Part shown: positions 49,518 to 64,000 of the stretch, in pieces | Layout: the number at the start of each line of letters is the position of its first letter | Numbering within the stretch: the stretch's first letter is position 1 | NCBI RefSeq assembly: GCF_009914755.1 | Contig: NC_060927.1 | Length of the DNA stretch: 64,000 nt | Strand: one strand, 5' to 3' | Source of the DNA: the human T2T-CHM13v2.0 reference genome, Homo sapiens | Program-made: the position numbers and the translations under genes | The notes under the pieces: model-generated | Told to the model about the DNA's origin: nothing | Seen by the model: the letters and a program-made list of their open reading frames with translations, nothing else | The model's database searches: none

Positions 49518-50147
49518 CCTCTTGAGCTCAAGTGATCCTCCCATGTCAGCCTCCAAGTAGTTAGGACTACAGGCTTACACCCCTACACCCTGTAGGCTTC
49601 TTATGTCCTTCCAGTTTTTGAGGTTAATTCTTTTCTTCCCTGAAACTCTAGTTTTAGATCTCAGATATCAATGACTTTTTAAATTCATTAACATTTCATT
49701 TCTAGATATGAATTTCTAAAACATGTATGATATTTTATAGATTTCAAAGTGCTGTTGATTCATTTAGCTAACACTGAATACTTCTTGTGTGCTGAGCTCA
49801 ATTCTATAATTGATAAAAGTTTCTGTCCGTATGGAGCTGACATTCTAGTGTTCAGTATACCATCATCTATCTTTCATCATTACCTCAGCCTATTTAGAAC
49901 AAATGAGAGTGCTTCTGAAATATTGGCAGCAAATCCAGCATAATTAATTTGTCCTATTAATTTACTGTGTAATAGCAATACTTTCATACATTTCCAGAGT
50001 ATTCTGGTTAAATTTTAGTTTTGTCCTCAACTACTAGCATTTGGTGAAATCTGCCCATATCTCCTTCAGTTTTATGAATTTAGATAATATATGTACCTTC
50101 TTAACCTTGTTCTTTTCTGATGGGTAAACCTTCGCTTATTTTTTAAA

Positions 50148-50452
50148 GCTGGTGCGGTGACTCATGCCTGTAATCCCAACACTTTGGGAGGTTGAGGTGG
50201 GAGGATCACTTCAGCCCAGAAGTTCAAGATCAGCCTGGGCAACAAAGTGAGAACTATCTTTCTTAAAAAAAAAAAAAAAAAAAATCCTGCTGGGTGTGAT
50301 GGTGTATTCCTGTAGCCCCAGCTACTCAGGACTCTGAGATGGGAGGATCATTTTAGCTCAAGAGGTTAGGACTGCCGTGAGATGTGTTCGAGTTACTGTA
50401 TTCCAGCCTGGGTAACAGAGAGAGAGAGACCCTTTCTTAAAAACAAAAAAAC
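50148..50452 (+). mobile_element. Alu (AluJ-like)
   Basis: Diverged dimer. Confidence 0.85.
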
Positions 50453-50829
50453 AGTTTTCTAAAGTCATCAGGAAACTTTTTAGATGAGTCATTCAGTGAT
50501 TTAGTTTTGGTGGCTGTTCTTTTTATTTTCTCCCTATTCTGAAACTCACTTTCCTAACTTCTTTAGTGTGCATTTTAATAGAACTTTCCAAAATTCTGTT
50601 CGTACGCTATACTCTCCTGGTTCTTAATTTTCTGACAGTTTTGGCATTTCTATCTTTGTCTCCATGGTCTGTAGTTACCACAAAGACTTTGTCTTTATCC
50701 TTTGGCTTTTACTGTCCTGAGTCTCTTTCAAAAGTCACATACTTACAGTCTTATATTAACACTTATAAGCACTTCGTTTCAAAATTTATGTTTTTTTATG
50801 AATTTCTCAACCATTTTAGTTTGTTTTTA

Positions 50830-52470
<1,641 letters not shown>

Positions 52471-53265
52471 GTATTTTAACCATTTTGAGTACTCTCTTAC
52501 TTGGCTCTCCCTTCTATATTTAAAACATCCACCAATATAACTATCAAAGGTTTTATGGGAGGAGTTTTATTAAGTGTTCTGCTCTTTTTTGTTGTTGTTA
52601 AGATCAGAATAGTAGTTTTCAAACGGTAGAGTCTTCTGGGATGTTTAGTAAAATAAAAGTCCCTCAGCTGTTTTGTGTATTTGTAATAAACTTCCAGGAG
52701 ACTTTGCATGATGTGGTTGAAAGAGTGTGGAATTAGGATAGTCTAGCCTGGTAATTAAGAGCATGGATCGTGGAGCCTGACTACCTGGGTGTGAATCGTG
52801 GCTGTGTCACTTCCTGGCTGATTTTGGACAAGTCACTTGTTCTCTCTGGACCTTCGTTTCCTCCCTCATAGGATTGTTGCAAGGATTAGCTAGGATATAG
52901 CTATAAAGCACTTAGAATATCTGCAAAGCACTTAGAACGATTTGGCAACAGTCACCATATAAGTATTAGCTATTATTATACCCTTTAAGTCACAGTAATG
53001 TCATTTCTAGAGACCTAATCTAAGAACATTATCAGAGATGTTACATAAAGATGTGTGTATAACAGTTTCATCACAGAGACTGATTATAAAATTAACCACA
53101 TATAGTCAGTAGACATATGGTTAAATAAATTAATGAAATGTCATATAACCATTAAGTCACATTGTCAAAAATACTTAATGCCTTGGGATGATATCAGTGA
53201 AAATGTCAAAAATGCAACTATATGTAGAATATGTCTCTAAAATTTTTTAAAAATTCAAGGCAAGG

Positions 53266-53890
<625 letters not shown>

Positions 53891-56295
53891 TTAGTCGTGT
53901 AATGCATATAAAGCAATATGTTAAACTGTTGATGTGGTTATTCTTGGAAGCTGGGAGGTGTTATTTCAATTTTCTTCTGTACTTTATTATATTCTTCTGA
54001 TTTCAATAAGTATTTTATACTTGGAAAAACAAAATAAATTATTTTTGAAAAAGATTAAATGAAAAGCCTCATAATGTGAATAGGAAACCTGAGTTTAGTA
54101 CCAGTTATGTTATTAAATAGTTAGAAACCTTGGATTAATTTTATCTCTTCCTTGAGGAGCACAGTTTGCTTATCTGCAAAGTGATGAGTTGGGCTAAAAT
54201 AGACAGTATGGTAGAGCGGTAAAGATCTGGAAGTCAGGAGTGAGGAATTAGGGATGACAGCTGTGGAGGTCACTGCAATGGGTTCATATCCTGGTTTCAC
54301 CTCTTATTACCTTGGTGACTTTTGGCAAGAAATTTAGCTTCATTGTGCCTCAGGTTGTTTTTCATTTGTAAAGTGCAGATAATAATAATACCTCATATGG
54401 GGCTGTGAAAATTAAATGAGTTAATATATGTGAAGGCATACATGGCATGGCACACGGTAAAGACTAAATAAATGTTAACTAATTTTATTGGTATGTAAGC
54501 TCCTTTCTAAGCAGTCATTTATTACCAAGAATATTTTTAGTGAGGTGGGTGGTTTCTTAAATTTGTCTGTCATTTGAAAGTTTAACTAATTTTTTATTTA
54601 GGTATTTTCAGGATTGCTGAAGCTGTCTGTTTGTGAAGTAGAATATTTTGGACTTTGGACTTGCTTTGTTTACTTGTCTTGTTCTTATATAGGCGGCTGC
54701 TTTGGGGCCCTAAGTTACCTCATTGATGAGGGTATTTTGTAGTCCTTTTTAGCACTAAAAATCTCATACTTGATTTTCTAGAGTGTTTTCTGACTCTCTT
54801 TGTTTTGAAACTAATGTTGTATGCAGCTTAATCTAAGTTGCATGGGCTGTTAGGTTGTAGCTATTTTTCCTCAACTGATGTTTTAATTTTAAATTTAGGA
54901 AATGGCATAAAACCCAAGAGAATATATATTATAGCTCAGTTGACTAGCCTATTCTAGGAAAAGCTAACATTATGACATAAACTCAGCTAAAAGTTGGTAA
55001 AGCATGACCTCTAGTTTAACTCAATTGATGCATAGATGTTATTTAACTTAATCCCAGAAAGAGAAATGTAGCCAAATGCTGTTAAGAGATAAATCTGAAA
55101 ATCACTTTCAGAGTCAGCAACCATATTGAAATTCACTTTTGGAACTCTGAACAAAGACTGCAGAAGTGTTACTTTTATAATATTATTTTATTTCACTGTC
55201 TATATGAGATAAGTCTTCAGTGAATACTGACTCAGTTATTGTATTGCTTTGGAAATGTTGTCGGTGAGCAAGTCACTCTAGAGTACTTCACTCAGTTTAT
55301 AGTTGCAGTCATAATAAAAATGATTATATTATTTCCTTATGGGGTAAGAATGGAAATTATATTTTAATATATTTAATATTAGATCTTCAGAAGCTCTCCC
55401 CATCTCTGCATGATGTAGCTGCAGAAGCAGCCCAATGCAGGAGTCCAGTCATCATTTCTGTGTTAAGAGTGTAAGTTAGAGTAGCATTACCAGGAAGCAA
55501 AAGGTAGGAGTTTGCCACAGTTAAGGGATACAATAACTGATGCTAAGGGATACTTATAACAGATGTTAAAGGATATTCTTTGCTAATCGTAATAACTTTT
55601 GTTCATTAAATATACCTAGCTAACCCATTACAGGAGAGAGGTAGTGTGTCTTCTGGCTTGACAGTTAGGTAAAGCCAGCCCAAGACAGCTTTGTGACCTA
55701 CTGATGGAGGAAAAGGCTTTTGCCTTAGGGACTGGATTTTATTTTAGGATGTTGTTTGCCTAAGGTCAAAGAATTACTACCTTATGTGTTGCAGAGATGT
55801 AACTCAGTGCCTCCAAATTCCCCACGTTTACTTTTTGTATCTTCTGCTAATAATTTGGGTCCTGTTAATTACTTAGTATTTATATTTCTCTCCACATGTT
55901 TTTCTTTCTGAAAGTAAGAATTTATGAGCTTTTCCTTTAAACATTTTGAGCTTTTTGTGTTTGCTGTTTTTATTTTTCAGTTAAAATTTCCATTTTTTAA
56001 TATATAAGAGGCTGATAACATGTTTGCTTCTGTGGAGGAAAATGGGGAAGCTCTGGAACATCAGGATGATGTATTTTTTTTATTGCACCACTGGACCTTT
56101 GGAACTCATTAAATTTTTTTCCCAACTTTTAAAACTTTATTTTATGCCATAGTACAAACATATTCGCGAGCTTTTTGGTTTGCTTGTTTGTTTTAACAAA
56201 GTTAAGAATACAGAGTTTCTTACAGTTGACCATGGATGTTCCATTGAGGCATAATAGTAAATTTACAGTATCCCCTTAAAATGATCTGATTCTAC

Positions 56296-56420
56296 TCTGG
56301 AGGCTATGGCAGGGGGATTGCATGAGCCCAGAGATTTGAGGTTACAGTGAGCTGTGATTGCACCACTGCAATCCAGCCTGGGCAACAGAGTAAGACCCTG
56401 TCTTAAAAAAAATAAAAATC
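56296..56420 (+). mobile_element. Alu right-arm / FRAM fragment inside the pseudogene
   Basis: GGAGGCT...GACCCTGTCTTAAAA. Confidence 0.8.
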
Positions 56421-56535
56421 TACTTAAACTGGATCCACTGATTTACATCATAAACTTCAAAATGCAATAAATGTAACGGCCTAATTCTTCCAAAGGTAGT
56501 TTGGGATCAGTTGTATCAACATCGGTTTCCTTTCA

Positions 56536-56933
<398 letters not shown>

Positions 56934-57139
56934 TGACTCCAGGATCACTTACACTGTGCCTTGATAATGGTAAGTCTGCAGCTTCATCAGTATGGTCCCC
57001 TTTCCAAATATACAACAGGCAAACTTTGTTGCCTCATGGACACATAGAATATTCATTCTGTCTATCCTTAGTCCAGGTACAAAATTGCCTGTCTTATAGT
57101 AATCAGTGCTAGGTGCTGCTGTCTCAACAGATGCTCTTA

Positions 57140-57232
<93 letters not shown>

Positions 57233-58419
57233 TCATCTTTTCCGTTATACTCACAGGCCAAGCCAATACCAGCTCCCAGGAGACCTGAGCTCTGACAATG
57301 CCATGGCTCCTGTAGAAGTTCTTGGCATACATATGCATTGATCCTACTTTTCCTTTAGCACAACCTCCTCTTTGTCCTGTAAGCTCTACAAGAATTTCTG
57401 GGACAGAAAGTTCATGAGTAAAGCTAAAGCCAGAGCCTAATAGGCTGTGATGAGATGATCTGTGGGATTTATCCTGGCTTCAAGTCCTTCCCCTCCTTCT
57501 CATCCCAGCAGTCTTCCTGACATCACAAAAATGACAGAAATGTGAATAATTTCTGTCATTTTTGGTGACAATATATAGCAAATCAGCTATATACAGAAAT
57601 AAATATAGCAAATCTGTATAAACAGAAAGGTCCATTTTTAAATTCCATTTGATGAACAGTCTGCGTCATCCTGTAATATTTGAGTCCGTCTTCCCTGGTG
57701 AGTACTATTGTGATAGGCGAGCCCTCTTCCAGCCATTGAGGTTACATTTCTTAATTTCAAGTTTGCCTCATTTGCAAAATTACAGAATGCTACCAGCACT
57801 CTGCTAGCTGGCTTCTGGGTGAGCCCACCACACAGGGTGAGATGGAGGTGGGCATCTTCCTCTCTAATGCAAGCAGCAGTGGCCAGGATGTTATTATACT
57901 CTGCACCAGGCTGCAGGCCCACAGACATTTTTTAAGGGAACATAATATTCATGGATAGGCTGTAATCTTCTTATCCATTCTTCCATTGTTGAATATGTAC
58001 TGTTTTTCCTGTTTTTTTTTTTTAACTATTATAAATCATGCTTTGCTCAGTATCTTAATACCGTGATCTTTATTCATTTTTTAAATTATTTCTTTAGGGT
58101 AGATTCTCAGAAGTAGATCAAAGGGCACATTTTTAATGCTCTCTTGGTATGCCTTGCCAAACTACTTTCCAGTAGTTTGTGCCAGTTGGCACAACAGGTT
58201 GTGCCAATTTGCATTCTCATGATGATCAGCTTGTGAAAAGTTTCTTTTATGGTACTCTTGGAAGCACTGAATATTTATTATTTAAAATACTTTTTGCTAC
58301 ATTTGACAGTAACAAACTGAATCCTTTAAATTTTTATATTTCAAGGTTATTTAAAATATGTGTATGTGTATATTTATATTTTGTTGTTTTTATCCTTCCT
58401 CTGTTCATTGGCTTCTTAA

Positions 58420-59250
<831 letters not shown>

Positions 59251-60829
59251 GCCCATTTAATTTTATGTAATTACTTAGCCACAAAAAAAGTTTCTTTTAA
59301 AAAATGGATGATAGCACTATACTTGAGAAGAAATACATAATTAAATGGTGTAAGAGAGTTAAAGTGCAGTGATTGGAGCAGGTAAATGAAAAGTTCTAAA
59401 CTATGCAGTATGAGTGTAATAATGAAAACTACTTCAGAATTTATTGGTAGATGAGCAACTACTACAGTCTAAAACCAAGCGAAGGCAAATAAAAACAGTG
59501 AGCATCTAAATAAACATTGAAAACTTTGATTCCATGAAAAATGACAAAAATGGAAATTGGGCATGTTTGCATTCATTAGGATAGAAACATGAGTATATAC
59601 TCATGTTTCCAGTATTAAAAAAGGCCATCAAGATTATGATAGATAAATAGGCCAAGGAGTTAAGTAGTCAGTTTATTCAAGATGAATGCATGTACTCTAG
59701 TGAATAAACAGGCATTCCCCCTTACTAGTAACTACAGCAATAAATATTTTATACATTTGTTGGTTATACTAAATTAACAAAATCAAATTAGTGCTAGTGC
59801 TAGAGAGGTTGTGATGACATTAACTTTGTTGGTCTAGTCTGTGTGCCAAGCATTGTTGCAAAGCCATCTAGATCCTTGTAGATGTAAAATGTTGAAATAA
59901 CTTTCATTTTTGTTTCCTTGAATGTAATTTAAATGTTTTAGTACTGTATAAATAAAGGAAGAAATAAACCAAAAGATAAAACAGTTTTAGATTCTCCCAT
60001 GTGTTGAAGTCAAATCTGGTCATGCCTTCCTCTCCACTCTCTTTTTGTCTGTCTGACTCAAACTCTGGAGGCACAAATCCAACATGGGTTTTTTTCTTTT
60101 TGGGCCAGAGAGCTGCATGCTTGCTCTGCTGTGTTTTGAATCCTGCTTTTCTAGCTCGCCTAAATCCTGAATCCAGTTGTTCTTTAATCCAATGACTCAC
60201 ACCTTGGGAGTTTCCCTCACCCCACTCCAAGAAAATGCAATTAACTTTTCCATTTCAAGTAAATAATTCTGTCACGTGCTTTCTACTCTTTACCGATTTT
60301 GCTTTAGGTGCTCATCTGAAAATATGCTTCCTGTTGACTTTTTAAAAGTTCCTTGTAGAGTTCTTCTGTATGGGTGGGACCAAATATCTGTGAATCACTC
60401 CCAGTTAGTATAGCATAGTACAGTCATCTTAAGAGTAAGTGATTTTTTAATTTGACAGATTGTCTGCCAAAAAGTGTTAAAGTAGAGCCAAAAGCAAGAA
60501 CAGAAATTGACTCTTGCTCTATTTATTTTCACCTTTTCTCATCTTTTTTCATCTAACATCAAAGATTATTTCCATTTCTGATACACTTTTATTGTATTTG
60601 TATTATTTTTGTCTAATTACTAGCCTAGGTTTCTACATCATCCATGCTTAAATGCTTTTCGTTGTTACATAGGGCTGTAAGACATTTATACTGTCAGTAG
60701 TTGAGTTTACTTGAAGTCATAGGTGAGAAGGTAATGTGTGATGATTAAGAAGTCAGGAATGATAAAATAAAAATTTTCTATTTGTTTTATCGTGCTTGAC
60801 AATAAGTTTTGACTTATTAAAAATACATT

Positions 60830-61130
60830 GGCCAGGTGTGGTGGCTCACGCCTATAATCCCAGCACTTTGGGAGGTTGAGGCAGGAGGTCACTTGAGCCT
60901 AGGAGTTTGAGACCAGCCTGGGCAAAATGGTGAAACCTTATCTCTACAAAAAATACAAAAGATTAGCTGAGTGTAGTGTTGTGCACTTGTAGTCCCAGCT
61001 ACCTGGGAGGCTGAGGTAGGAACATCACCTGTGTCTGGGAGGTCGAGGCTGCAGTGAGCCATGATCATGTCACTACTTTCCAGCCTGGGCAACAGAGTGA
61101 AGCCCTGAATCAAAAAAATAAAAATAAAAA
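60830..61130 (+). mobile_element. Alu (AluJ-like)
   Basis: Dimer plus A tail. Confidence 0.9.
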
Positions 61131-62385
61131 GTATATAGTACCAATTTACTTACAATAATATTAATAATTTTCTTCACTGTAGATAATCTCCTATCACTGT
61201 AAATGATCTTCTCCTATAGGTAGGGATACATCTGTGTTTGATCCTTTTAGTCTTTTGTACTCTAGATTGACTTCACTACTTTAAGACCTCAGAAAGAGAT
61301 GTCCCAGTAGGTTCTGCTAATTTTCAAAAAGTTAATACAACAGAATTAGAGAGTCTAGATTGTTATCTGATGTGACTTTTTTTAATCTCTTGTGATCTCT
61401 GTTGGCTTTTTCAAGTCATTATGGTTTCTCTTTGTATACTGGTTGGAGGTATTAGCCCTTGACTGTTTCCCTGGCCTCTTGGATGGTACTTTTCCTGATT
61501 TTCCTTTTACCTTTTTGACTATGAAATTCCTTCAAGCATTTTTTTTCCCACTGGGTTTTCCTCAAATGTGTGTTCCTAAATGTTCAGTCATTGTTTTCCC
61601 TGTTAGTGTTATTTTTGGATCATCTTATATATTAGAATAATTTTGGTGACCATTCAAATGTGGATACTTTTTAGATATATTGAACCCTGGAGTCTGAATT
61701 TTCTGCTGTCTGCTTACCTTTACTTACTAGATGTCCTTATAGTGAATCTAAAAGCAACATATCCAAAACTGAAGTGATTCATTCACTATCCACCATTGCT
61801 GCAGTATTTCCAAATACAGATACTGGTATTATCTGTCCAGTAGCCCAGGCTACCAACTGCTGCCTTTATCACTGAACACATAGTTTCTGTCACTGAGCCC
61901 CTCTTACTACTTCTAACACTGTCGTAATTCAGGGCCTTATTATTTATTTCAGTAGCCTCTTAACTGGTCTCCAACTCTTTAGTCTGGTACTCTTCAAGGT
62001 ACTTCTTCATTGAATGAAATATCAGTTTGATCTCAGTATGTCCCTGCCTAAACCCTATAGTCGCAAGTTCTCTATATGATAAAGGTTGTACTGCATGATA
62101 TGTCCTAAAAGGCTTGGTGACTGCTTACCTCTCTAGCCTCATCTCCTGTCATTCTCAGTCTCATACATCACATACTAGTCCTCTTGACTCCCCCTACCAA
62201 CCCCACACTATGTTGTGTCTTACCTTTGTTTTTCATGATGTTTCAAGTCCCCTCCCTACTTCCCCTGACTCACTCTTACTCAGCCTTAATGATTCAGCAT
62301 GGGACAGCTCCTTCAGGAATCCTCTTAATTCTCAGGGTTGGGCCAAGTGCTCCTTTTCTCTGTTCTTGCTAGTAGGTAAAACAGG

Positions 62386-64000
<1,615 letters not shown>

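Noticed and set aside
57638-57928. 96-aa minus-strand ORF
   Set aside because: Frameshifted patchwork of the PDHA1 pseudogene; only about 18 residues are in the PDHA1 frame

Overview
Human genomic DNA: it carries a MAST2-fused SVA_F1 and an AluYb8, both human-specific subfamilies. The window holds the CpG-island promoter, a short first exon, the first coding exon (N-terminal part of the FHA domain, 66 codons) and about 50 kb of the following intron of SLMAP on the + strand. No later SLMAP exon was recognised. Upstream lies a 5'-truncated SVA_F1 with a perfect 15-bp TSD. The intron holds a decayed PDHA1 processed pseudogene on the - strand, a near-complete MSTB MaLR provirus, about 50 Alus and L1/L2/MIR/DNA-transposon fragments. 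Nearly all ORFs in the supplied track are repeat artefacts. I found no wholly new biological system. The best leads are: (1) a TISU-like, strong-Kozak uORF split across the exon 1/2 junction, ahead of a weak-context SLMAP start; (2) repeated use of the same L1-endonuclease sites; (3) a fold-back micro-rearrangement inside the PDHA1 retrocopy; (4) a 23-nt Y1 RNA retrocopy. Gene and subfamily names come from recalled sequences, not database searches. Repeat boundaries are approximate.
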